From IMG/VR virus record IMGVR_UViG_3300047560_000081, positions 1-24,617 of that record: DNA of 24,617 nt; one strand, 5' to 3'. The notes beneath the pieces were generated by a model. It did no database searches. It had not been told where the DNA came from and worked only from the letters and a program-made list of their open reading frames with translations. Below are positions 15,946 through 24,439 of this stretch, one piece after another. Every line of letters begins with the position of its first letter. Position 1 is the first letter of the stretch. Made by a program: the position numbers and the translations under genes. The stretch comes from a virus (taxonomy: Duplodnaviria; Caudoviricetes).

Positions 15946-17379
15946 GTGTTTGGCTTTAGCCCGTTCTCCGCCGCCCCTTTTAGCTCCCTAGCGGGGGGTA
16001 CGACTGTAAGTGTCGCGCTCACCGGGGTGTCAGCTACAGGGGCTGTGGGATCACTCACGCCTGCAACTACCTGCGCGTTAACAGGCGTTTCGGCAACGGG
16101 TGCAGTCGGCACGGTCGTAGCCACTCAAGTCCCCTCGGCGCTTACCGGGGTCTCAGCCACTGGATCGGTTGGAGACCTGGCGGTTATTTTCCGGTTTGCC
16201 CTCACCAGCCTAACGGCAACGGGGGCTGTGGGCACGGTTCTGCCCAACACTTCCATTCAGGAAGACGGGACGATTGCTACCGGCAACGTCGGAACCGTAG
16301 GAATCAGCTCTACGGTAGCCATTACAGGCGTAGCCGCCACCGGCGAAGTTGGCACTGTAATCCCGGACCGAACCCATGCAATTACCGGTGTTTCTGCCAC
16401 CGGGGCTGTCGGGACGGTAATTTTCTCCCAAACGGCCTCTGTGACCGGGGTTTATGCAACCGGATACGCAGGCACTGTTCTGCCTAACATCTCTGTTCAA
16501 GAGGATGGGGATGTCGCCACTGGCAACGTCGGCACAGTAACCACAGCCATTACGGTTGCTATTACCGGAGTCTCTGCCACAGGCCAGGTTGGGACGGTTG
16601 GGTTTGGCCGGGGATATGACATCAGTGGTGTTGAAGCCACTGGGTCAGTTGGAAGTGTAGGCGTCACATTCGCGGTCCAGATTGCTCAGGTCGGTTGGGG
16701 CTATCCTGGCTGGGGTGAAGGAACCTGGGGTGGATACCCTGGGATGTACATCCAGGGTGAAGTTGGCTCCGTCATTGTTGGTAAGGTTGCCGCAATTACC
16801 GGGGTATCTGAGACCGGATACGCAGGGGATGTCCTTGCCAACATCTCAGTCCAGGATAATGGTGAGATTGCAACGGGTAATGTTGGAACTGTTACTGCCG
16901 ACAGATCTGTGGACCTATCCGGCGTTCAGGCTACAGGCGAAGTTGGTACGGTTCTCTGGGGTAAGTCGGTATTCTTAGACGGTGTAGAGGCAACCGGCGC
17001 TACTGGGGTAATCTTCACTGGGGTATCTGCAACCGGCGAAGTCGGAACTGTTGGGTATGAGAAGTCATATCCCATCACCGGAGTACAGGCGACAGGTGCT
17101 GTTGGCACCTTGCAGGGCGGCAAGTCAGTAACGATAATCGGGGTTCAGGCTGTCGGTGAAGTCGGTATTTTGTGTCCTAAGTTCTGGACCTCGGTACAGG
17201 ACACCAATGATGCAGACTGGGTGTTGATTGATGATTCGCAGACTAATACCTGGAACATCATTCCCGATAGCAACAGTCCTGGATGGACTCAGGTCAATAA
17301 CTCCCAGACTGCGACATGGGGTCTGGTTGAAAACGAAGAAAACCCCGAGTGGGAGTTGATCGTAACAGAGGTATGCTGA
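15946..17379 (+). CDS. repeat-rich fibre-like virion protein
   Basis: About 18 imperfect ~20-aa repeats (xTGVxATGxVGTV) and six C-terminal Trp spaced exactly 11 residues apart. GTG start after GGGGAG. Confidence 0.8.
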   Translation: MFGFSPFSAAPFSSLAGGTTVSVALTGVSATGAVGSLTPATTCALTGVSATGAVGTVVATQVPSALTGVSATGSVGDLAVIFRFALTSLTATGAVGTVLPNTSIQEDGTIATGNVGTVGISSTVAITGVAATGEVGTVIPDRTHAITGVSATGAVGTVIFSQTASVTGVYATGYAGTVLPNISVQEDGDVATGNVGTVTTAITVAITGVSATGQVGTVGFGRGYDISGVEATGSVGSVGVTFAVQIAQVGWGYPGWGEGTWGGYPGMYIQGEVGSVIVGKVAAITGVSETGYAGDVLANISVQDNGEIATGNVGTVTADRSVDLSGVQATGEVGTVLWGKSVFLDGVEATGATGVIFTGVSATGEVGTVGYEKSYPITGVQATGAVGTLQGGKSVTIIGVQAVGEVGILCPKFWTSVQDTNDADWVLIDDSQTNTWNIIPDSNSPGWTQVNNSQTATWGLVENEENPEWELIVTEVC

Positions 17380-17380
17380 T

Positions 17381-17830
17381 ATGGCTTTAGTACTAAAAGA
17401 CAGGGTTAAGGAAACCACATCCGTGACCGGTACGGGTACAGCGACCCTGCTTGGTGCTGCGACCGGCTATCAGTCCTTTGCCGCCGTTGGCAACGGGAAC
17501 ACCACGTACTACACAATCGCAGATCAGACCGGCTCAAACTGGGAGGTCGGGATTGGCACGTATACATCTGTGGGCACGACGCTGTCCAGGGACACGGTGC
17601 TGGCCTCTAGCAACAGCGGTTCACTTGTATCGTTTACATCCGGGACGAAAGATGTGTTCGTCACGTTCCCGTCCATCATGCCCAACAACGGCATCAATTT
17701 AAACAATACAACAATAAACCAGAGCTTCACGATTGCGTCGGGGCAGAATGGTTTTTCTGTTGGACCTATGACTGTCGCATCGGGCGTGGTAATTACTGTG
17801 GCATCTGGCCAGACTTGGGTAGTCATCTGA
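17381..17830 (+). CDS. virion structural/fibre-attachment protein
   Basis: MALVLKDRVKETT..WEVGIGTY..GTKDVFVT domain plus a short C-terminal module ending ITVASGQTWVVI. Confidence 0.8.
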   Translation: MALVLKDRVKETTSVTGTGTATLLGAATGYQSFAAVGNGNTTYYTIADQTGSNWEVGIGTYTSVGTTLSRDTVLASSNSGSLVSFTSGTKDVFVTFPSIMPNNGINLNNTTINQSFTIASGQNGFSVGPMTVASGVVITVASGQTWVVI

Positions 17831-17849
17831 TCGCGTAGGAAATAAAAAC

Positions 17850-19676
17850 ATGAGCACCATCTCTTCCTCGACTACTACTCTGACCGCATACAAGGTCACA
17901 GCCGACACCACTGGCACGCTAGTGCTCCAGACCGGGGCTACGCCGACAACGGCTGTCACGATTGACGCAAGCCAGGTAGTAAACTTTGCCAACACGCCGA
18001 CGGTGGCTGGTTCTCCTATCGGTGCATCTGCTGCTACTGCTACCGCACTGGGTACTGTTTATGGACGGATGACCACCTCTGGCGCATCTCCGTATTTGGC
18101 TGCTCTTGGTTATAACGCTGGTGCAAGTACAACGGGAGTAAGCGTAACTGCTGTTGGCACACAGGCTCTTTTTTCTAATACATCCGGCGCTAACAACACT
18201 GCTGTGGGTTATCAAGCGGCTTACACAAATACCACTGGTGACAAGCAAGTTGCGGTGGGAACTAGCTCCTTGTATAGCAATACTACCGGCGTAAACAACA
18301 CGGCAGTTGGTCGAGAGGCCATGTATCGGAATACTACTGGCGGCAATAACGCGGCAGTTGGAATCAATGCGTTGCATGAAAACACAACGGCAAGCAACAA
18401 CTCTGCGTTTGGAAACTCGGCGCTGTTTAGTAATACAACTGGCGCATCAAATACGGCCATTGGGGATTCTGCTCTTCTGTCCAACACCACAGCCTCAGAC
18501 AGCGTTGCCGTTGGCTATCAAGCGGCATACTCAGGAACCACTGCATCAGGCGTTGTTGCAATCGGTAAATCTACTTTGTACAACAATACCGCTGGGTATA
18601 ACACTGCTGTTGGTTATTCTGTACTGTATGCAAACACCAGTGGTCAATACAACGTGGGTATTGGTGGTTACGGTGGTGGTGATTCAACATTGCGTTACAA
18701 CACTACGGGATCAAACAACACCGCCGTTGGCATGGACGCACTTCGCTCCAACACCACAGCAAGCGACAACGTGGCCATTGGGTACAACGCCATGTACTCA
18801 AACCAAACCGGCACAAACAACGTGGCCGTCGGCAGAAATGCCATGTACAACAGCACCGGCAACAATAACACCGCTGTTGGTCGTGGTACGTTAAACACAT
18901 CCAACGGGACAGACAACGTAGCTGTTGGTACATACGCACTGAATAGCCAGACAACTGGAAGCAGCTACAACACGGCGCTTGGTAGTTCTTCTTTACAGAA
19001 TTTGACCACAGGTGCAAACCACACCGCTGTGGGCTATCAAGCACTTGGCGCTATTACCACAGCCAATTCTAACGTGGGTATTGGATATCAAGCTGGGGCT
19101 GCCATTACAACAGGAAATGATAATGTTTTGGTTGGAGTACAAGCAGGTCAATACTCTAACGCATTAACGGTTGGAACAAACAACGTCATTATTGGTAATT
19201 ATTCTTACGCTGCTTCAGCGTCTGATAACAATACAATTGTTATAGGTAGATTTGTTGCTGGTAAAGGCGGTTCGACAGGATTTATAAATCCGGGCGGCGG
19301 CGGTGTATATCAAGGCAACAACTCTGCATCTTGGTCAACTACATCTGATCGCAGACTGAAGAAGAATATTGTTGATAACAATGTCGGCCTAGAAAAACTG
19401 TTGCAAATTCAGGTTCGTAACTTTGAATATCGCCTGCCTGAAGAAGTTGAAGAGTTTGAATCTCATTGTGCAGTCAATAAAGAAGGTGTGCAACTCGGTG
19501 TTATTGCTCAAGAACTCCAACAGGTGTTGCCAGACTGCGTGAAGCAGGAAAGCACTGGTGTTTTGTCTGTCGACCCAGACAATCTGACTTGGTACACAAT
19601 CAACGCCATCAAAGAACTCAAAGCCGAACTAGACGCAGCCAAGGCTGAAATCGCAGCACTGAAGGGAGCAGCATGA
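17850..19676 (+). CDS. tail fibre with beta-roll repeats and C-terminal intramolecular chaperone (peptidase S74)
   Basis: Many (N)TAVGxxAL repeats (YadA-head-like), autocleavage motif TSDRRLKKNI, GVIAQEL, and a terminal coiled coil AIKELKAEL. Confidence 0.88.
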   Translation: MSTISSSTTTLTAYKVTADTTGTLVLQTGATPTTAVTIDASQVVNFANTPTVAGSPIGASAATATALGTVYGRMTTSGASPYLAALGYNAGASTTGVSVTAVGTQALFSNTSGANNTAVGYQAAYTNTTGDKQVAVGTSSLYSNTTGVNNTAVGREAMYRNTTGGNNAAVGINALHENTTASNNSAFGNSALFSNTTGASNTAIGDSALLSNTTASDSVAVGYQAAYSGTTASGVVAIGKSTLYNNTAGYNTAVGYSVLYANTSGQYNVGIGGYGGGDSTLRYNTTGSNNTAVGMDALRSNTTASDNVAIGYNAMYSNQTGTNNVAVGRNAMYNSTGNNNTAVGRGTLNTSNGTDNVAVGTYALNSQTTGSSYNTALGSSSLQNLTTGANHTAVGYQALGAITTANSNVGIGYQAGAAITTGNDNVLVGVQAGQYSNALTVGTNNVIIGNYSYAASASDNNTIVIGRFVAGKGGSTGFINPGGGGVYQGNNSASWSTTSDRRLKKNIVDNNVGLEKLLQIQVRNFEYRLPEEVEEFESHCAVNKEGVQLGVIAQELQQVLPDCVKQESTGVLSVDPDNLTWYTINAIKELKAELDAAKAEIAALKGAA

Positions 19677-19743
19677 AAATATCCAACAAAGGGGTAAACT
19701 TCTCTAATTGCTCCTTCCAAACCACCACGAAAGGACAGTAATC

Positions 19744-19953
19744 ATGGCTTCAACAATCAACGCAGACGTATCCGGTCTTAAATCAACCGCAGATACCTCT
19801 ACTGTGCTGACATTCCAGACTAATAGCACGAACGCTATGTCGATCAGCTCATCTCAGGTGGTTAGTTTTGTCAACACGCCGACGACCAGCACGGGGGCAA
19901 CCTATGCAACGACGGGAAAATGCATTGCGATGGCAATTGTGTTCGGCGGCTAA
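19744..19953 (+). CDS. 69-aa fibre-anchor-like adaptor protein
   Basis: ATG19744 with SD AAAGGA. The N-terminus aligns with that of the 17850 fibre. Ends TTGKCIAMAIVFGG. Confidence 0.75.
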   Translation: MASTINADVSGLKSTADTSTVLTFQTNSTNAMSISSSQVVSFVNTPTTSTGATYATTGKCIAMAIVFGG

Positions 19954-19955
19954 AG

Positions 19956-20447
19956 ATGACAATCACGCAAGCTAAACTCAAAGCAATGTTTGACTATCGA
20001 GACGATGGTCAGCTTGTGAGTAAGTTTGCGTCATCCGGCAACAACAACTATGCCGGTAGAGCGATTGGGTGGTCTGCGGCAAAAGGGTACAGACATACAA
20101 AGATAAATGGCAAGACATACAGGTTGCACACTTTGATTTGGCTGTGGCATCATGGAGAAATTCCGGAGATGCTTGATCACATTAACAAAAACACTTCTGA
20201 CAACAGGATAGAGAATTTGAGGATTGCGACGCCATCGCAAAACGCAATGAATCGAAAGCTGTTTTCAAATAATACGTCAGGTTGCAGAGGTGTGGCTTGG
20301 CATAAGCACCAAGCAAAATGGTTTGCTTATGTTGATTTCAATAGGCGTCGCAAATGTTTGGGATACTTTGATGATCTCGAACTTGCTGACTTGGTTGCAA
20401 CTGAAGCCCGTGCTATTTATCACGGCGAATTCGCAAATGTTTCTTGA
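19956..20447 (+). CDS. HNH homing endonuclease with C-terminal AP2-like DNA-binding domain
   Basis: YRLHTLIW, LDHINKNTSDNRIENLR (HNH), then NNTSGCRGVAW..W.A..LGYF..A (AP2). Start reassigned to ATG19956. Confidence 0.9.
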   Translation: MTITQAKLKAMFDYRDDGQLVSKFASSGNNNYAGRAIGWSAAKGYRHTKINGKTYRLHTLIWLWHHGEIPEMLDHINKNTSDNRIENLRIATPSQNAMNRKLFSNNTSGCRGVAWHKHQAKWFAYVDFNRRRKCLGYFDDLELADLVATEARAIYHGEFANVS

Positions 20448-20457
20448 GGAGTAAATC

Positions 20458-20829
20458 GTGGCCAATCCGAACATTATAAATGTGACAAGCATCTACGGCA
20501 ACACGTCCTATCTGATCCCGTCCACCACGGCGGCGACCACCTGGACTGCCCTGACGCCAGCAGTTGGAACCGTCAACAAGATCGATAACATCGTCGCATC
20601 GAACGTGACCTCCTCTGCAGCTACCGTCACCGTATCAATTAACAGCGCAACGGCTGGGGCGGGTACGGCATACCGTATTGCTTACCAGATCTCGGTTCCT
20701 GCGAACGCATCTTTGATCATCGTGGACAAGACAACGTCTTTCTACGTTGGTGAGAGCCAGTCGATTGTGGTGACTGTGGGTACGGGTAGTGCGCTTGAAC
20801 TGACAGCGGCCTACGAAGCAATTTCCTGA
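20458..20829 (+). CDS. hypothetical virion protein (beta-sandwich-like)
   Basis: GTG start, SD GAGGAG. MANPNIINV..ISVPANASL..YEAIS. Confidence 0.8.
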   Translation: MANPNIINVTSIYGNTSYLIPSTTAATTWTALTPAVGTVNKIDNIVASNVTSSAATVTVSINSATAGAGTAYRIAYQISVPANASLIIVDKTTSFYVGESQSIVVTVGTGSALELTAAYEAIS

Positions 20830-20841
20830 CCGGAGCCTGAC

Positions 20842-21696
20842 ATGAGTGGGCGCTATACGGGGGGCATTCTTAATGTCGGCAAGACCGGCTTGAATTGGCC
20901 TGTGACGCAGGTCGAGTACCTCGTCGTCGCTGGTGGTGGGGGAGGGGCAAGTGCTGTCGCAAATACTAACAACGGCGGCGGAGGCGGTGCTGGCGGTTTG
21001 TTGACAGCTGTAGGATACCCAATCACTCAAGGGTCATCAATAACGGTGACTATTGGCGCTGGGGGATCGGGAGGCGCATCCACCGGTATCTCAGGTTCAG
21101 CAGGTTCAAATTCTGTATTTGGAACCATTACAACTGTTGGCGGGGGTAATGGAGTTTCTGGAACCTCTACTGGCGGAACTGGTGGCTCAGGCGGCGCATC
21201 TTCAGGTTCGGGGACGGCAGGTCAAGGTAACGCTGGCGGTGCAACAGCAGCGGGTGGTTATGGTGGTGCTGGCGGAGGTGGAGCAGGTAGTGCTGGTGTT
21301 GCCTCCATTGCGGCATCAGTTGCTGGCGGCGCTGGTGGTGCAGGTGTTGTTTCTTCTATAACAGGTTCTTCTGTCCAATATGCCGGTGGTGGCGGAGGTG
21401 GCGGTTATGCTGTTTCTTATGGAGCTGGTGGCGGTGGTAACGGTGGATATGGTTTTGTAACCCCTACCGGATCGGCTACTACTGGATTTGCCAATACTGG
21501 TGGCGGAGGTGGCGGAGGCGGTGGTTTAACGGCTTCCGCTTCTCAACCAGGAGCAGCAGGCGGCTCTGGCATCGTAGTGATCCGTTATCCTGCTTACCAA
21601 GCCCAGGCCACGTCCACGACAGGCTCTCCTCGTACATACATTTCTGGTGCATATCGTGTGTACGTTTTCACATCTTCTGGTTCGATCACATTCTGA
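20842..21696 (+). CDS. glycine-rich domain protein, paralogue 1
   Basis: VEYLVVAGGGGG..GGSGIVVIRYP..FTSSGSITF. Confidence 0.85.
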   Translation: MSGRYTGGILNVGKTGLNWPVTQVEYLVVAGGGGGASAVANTNNGGGGGAGGLLTAVGYPITQGSSITVTIGAGGSGGASTGISGSAGSNSVFGTITTVGGGNGVSGTSTGGTGGSGGASSGSGTAGQGNAGGATAAGGYGGAGGGGAGSAGVASIAASVAGGAGGAGVVSSITGSSVQYAGGGGGGGYAVSYGAGGGGNGGYGFVTPTGSATTGFANTGGGGGGGGGLTASASQPGAAGGSGIVVIRYPAYQAQATSTTGSPRTYISGAYRVYVFTSSGSITF

Positions 21697-21704
21697 GGTA
21701 GCCC

Positions 21705-23159
21705 ATGCCTAATGGATTATTCAATCTAAAACAGCAGTTGAGAGGCATCCAGCAAAGCGCCTGGACGGGCCAGAAGACTCCTGCTGTTAACTACCTTGTT
21801 GTTGCAGGTGGTGGTGGCGGCGGCGGATATTATGGAGCCGGTGGTGGTGGGGGTGGACTACTACAAGGAAACCTTCCTGTTTCCGCTGGTTCCGCACTTA
21901 CGGTAACCGTTGGGGGTGGAGGAGCAGGTTCTAGTAATGGGTATGGAACTAACGGCTCTAACTCTATTTTTTCAACCGTAACCTCTACTGGAGGCGGCGG
22001 AGGAGCAGGAGGCTCAACAGCTTCAGTTAAAACAGGAAATTCAGGCGGTTCAGGGGGAGGCGGGCAGATCACAAACTCCACTGGTACGGCGGGTGGCGGT
22101 TCTGGTGTATTTGGACAAGGCAACTCTGGTGGTTCTGTAACTACTTCAGCAAGTAACGCTGGAGGCGGTGGAGGCGGTGCTGGCACAGTTTCTCCTGTTT
22201 ACAACGGTGGAGCCGGTATTGCTTCTGATATTTCCGGTACCCGTACAGCATATGCTGGTGGGGGCGGAGGTAACAATAATGGTACGGCAGGAACTGGCGG
22301 AGCAGGTGGCGGTGGTTCTTTTAATTCAGCCGGAACTGCTAACACAGGCGGCGGAGGAGGAGGGGACAACAGTAGCGCAGGCGGCTCAGGCATTGTCATC
22401 ATCTCTTACCCAGACACCTATGCTGCTGCAACATCTACGACAGGTTCACCGACTGTAAGCACAAGCGGGTCGGGGAGTATTTCGTTTAACGGGAGCAGTC
22501 AATTTGTATACGCCCCATCAAGTTCCAACATAGCCAACTTTTCTGCTGGTCAAGCATATACATTTGAATGCTGGTTTTATCAAACAAGTTCTCCCGGTTG
22601 CACTATAACTCAAGGTGGCACAAATACATTTTCTGTTGCTGTTACAAGCAGTAATGGTTTAAATATCGGAAAATCTGGAGTTGTTGATTTCATTATAACT
22701 TCAAGTAGTATATTTACCAATAATACTTGGGTTCACCTTGCTATATCAAGAAACACAAGCAACCAAACAAGATGCTGGATTAACGGAACTAGTGTTGGAA
22801 GTACAAGTAGTGATACTTATGCCTACAACAGCGCCAATCAATATATAGGATCAAACGCAGCTCCTGGTAATTATTTTCCCGGCTACTTGAGCAATGTGCG
22901 ATTTGTAAAAGGTACTGCTGTTTATGATCCAACACAAACAACCATTACAGTGCCCACAGCACCACTGACTGCAATTACCAATACATCACTTTTGTTAAAT
23001 TCCATTTCGGGGGCTTACCTTGCTGATTCATCAGGCGGGGCTGTTGCTTTAACTGCAAGTAGTACTGTTCCAACATGGAACTCTGCTTCACCATTCACAG
23101 TGACTGGCTACAAGAACCGGGTGTATACCTGGACATCTAGCGGATCAATCACGTTCTAA
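21705..23159 (+). CDS. glycine-rich domain protein, paralogue 2, with LamG/concanavalin A-like insert
   Basis: Same terminal motifs as paralogue 1. The insert has YTFECWFY, WVHLAISR, WING and GYLSNVRFVKG. Confidence 0.85.
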   Translation: MPNGLFNLKQQLRGIQQSAWTGQKTPAVNYLVVAGGGGGGGYYGAGGGGGGLLQGNLPVSAGSALTVTVGGGGAGSSNGYGTNGSNSIFSTVTSTGGGGGAGGSTASVKTGNSGGSGGGGQITNSTGTAGGGSGVFGQGNSGGSVTTSASNAGGGGGGAGTVSPVYNGGAGIASDISGTRTAYAGGGGGNNNGTAGTGGAGGGGSFNSAGTANTGGGGGGDNSSAGGSGIVIISYPDTYAAATSTTGSPTVSTSGSGSISFNGSSQFVYAPSSSNIANFSAGQAYTFECWFYQTSSPGCTITQGGTNTFSVAVTSSNGLNIGKSGVVDFIITSSSIFTNNTWVHLAISRNTSNQTRCWINGTSVGSTSSDTYAYNSANQYIGSNAAPGNYFPGYLSNVRFVKGTAVYDPTQTTITVPTAPLTAITNTSLLLNSISGAYLADSSGGAVALTASSTVPTWNSASPFTVTGYKNRVYTWTSSGSITF

Positions 23160-23168
23160 GGAAAAGAT

Positions 23169-24074
23169 ATGAGTGACAGACTTGGTGGCGTGATTTCTGC
23201 AACCTTTAACCCCTTAGCTGGAGCACCAGCTACGGTGGAGTATCTTGTTGTCGCCGGGGGTGGTGGCGGGGGCGGAGCGTTTACAAGTGCTTATGTAGGT
23301 AACGGTGGCGGAGGAGCGGGTGGTGTTGCTCAAGCGGCATCTTTTGCAGTCACGCCCGGATCGTCTCTTACTGTTACTGTTGGTGCAGGCGGTGCTGGAG
23401 GCCCAACATCATCGGGTAGCGGGGGAAATGGAACTCAAGGCAGCAATTCCGTTTTTTCCTCCATAACGGCTACCGGGGGAGGTTATGGCGGTGGCGCTAA
23501 TACCGCAGGTGGAAACGGCGGTTCGGGCGGTGGAGCAGGTGGAAATAACAACGTTTCTGGAGGCACAGGCACTGCTGGACAAGGCAATAATGGCGGCGCA
23601 AATACCAATTTCGGCCAAGGTGGAGGAGGAGGTGGAGCTGGGAGTGTAGGACTTACTGCGGCATCAACAGGAACCAATTGTGGTGGTCCAGGGGGAACTG
23701 GCCTTTGCTCTACGATTGCTGGCTCTTACCAATTCTTTAGTGGTGGTGGTGGTGGTGGTGCATATGCCAATGGCACAAATTACGGTATCCCGTTAGGTGG
23801 TGCTGGCGGCGGTGGGACTGGCACTTATTACAACGGCTCTACTTTTATTCGCGCAACTGCGGGTCAAGCCAATACCGGTGGTGGGGGCGGTGGAGGCGCT
23901 GGAGATGGCACAACTACTGGCTATGCTTCTGCTGCAGGCGGTTCAGGTATCGTAATCATCCGCTATCCTGCAACTGCAAGCCCTCCAACATCAACCACTG
24001 GAAGCCCTCAAGTCAGCTATGCTGGCGGGTATCAAATTTACACCTGGACATCTTCAGGTTCAATCACTTTCTAA
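23169..24074 (+). CDS. glycine-rich domain protein, paralogue 3
   Basis: VEYLVVAGGGGG..GGSGIVIIRYP..WTSSGSITF. Confidence 0.85.
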   Translation: MSDRLGGVISATFNPLAGAPATVEYLVVAGGGGGGGAFTSAYVGNGGGGAGGVAQAASFAVTPGSSLTVTVGAGGAGGPTSSGSGGNGTQGSNSVFSSITATGGGYGGGANTAGGNGGSGGGAGGNNNVSGGTGTAGQGNNGGANTNFGQGGGGGGAGSVGLTAASTGTNCGGPGGTGLCSTIAGSYQFFSGGGGGGAYANGTNYGIPLGGAGGGGTGTYYNGSTFIRATAGQANTGGGGGGGAGDGTTTGYASAAGGSGIVIIRYPATASPPTSTTGSPQVSYAGGYQIYTWTSSGSITF

Positions 24075-24083
24075 GGAGTCAAC

Positions 24084-24437
24084 ATGGCACATTTTGCCCA
24101 CGTTAAAGATGGAATCGTCGATCAGGTTATCGTGATTGACCAAGAGACTTTGAACACCGGCCTGTGGGGCGATCCCGCTGAATGGGTCCAGACCAGCTAC
24201 AACACCCAAGGCGGTCAGCATCCTGAAGGTCGTCCCCTGCGTAAGAACTTCGCTGGTATTGGCTATACCTATGATGCCCAGCGTGACGCTTTCATTCCTC
24301 CTCAGCCCTTCCCGAGCTGGGTTCTGGATGAGGCTACTTGCCTGTGGAATGCTCCTACGGCTATGCCTACTGACGGCAAGATTTACACCTGGGACGAGGC
24401 TACGACTTCGTGGGTTGAAGTTCCGGCAGGAGAATAA
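24084..24437 (+). CDS. conserved hypothetical protein, possible fibre-assembly partner
   Basis: SD TAAGGAG. MAHFA..WVQTSYN..RKNFAGIGY.YD..FIPPQPFPSW..YTWDE. Confidence 0.8.
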   Translation: MAHFAHVKDGIVDQVIVIDQETLNTGLWGDPAEWVQTSYNTQGGQHPEGRPLRKNFAGIGYTYDAQRDAFIPPQPFPSWVLDEATCLWNAPTAMPTDGKIYTWDEATTSWVEVPAGE

Positions 24438-24439
24438 TC

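Noticed and set aside
16020-17165. Periodic DNA repeats as a CRISPR array or DNA-level tandem repeat
   Set aside because: Repeats are in frame and degenerate at third codon positions, so they are protein-level repeats with no identical repeat-spacer structure.
18090-19200. AAC-rich repeats as a diversity-generating retroelement template or variable region
   Set aside because: The AAC codons encode the Asn ladder of the fibre repeats. I saw no near-identical pair differing only at adenines and no reverse transcriptase in the window.
23742-23759. (GGT)6 microsatellite as a phase-variation switch
   Set aside because: An in-frame triplet encoding poly-Gly. Slippage would not change the frame.
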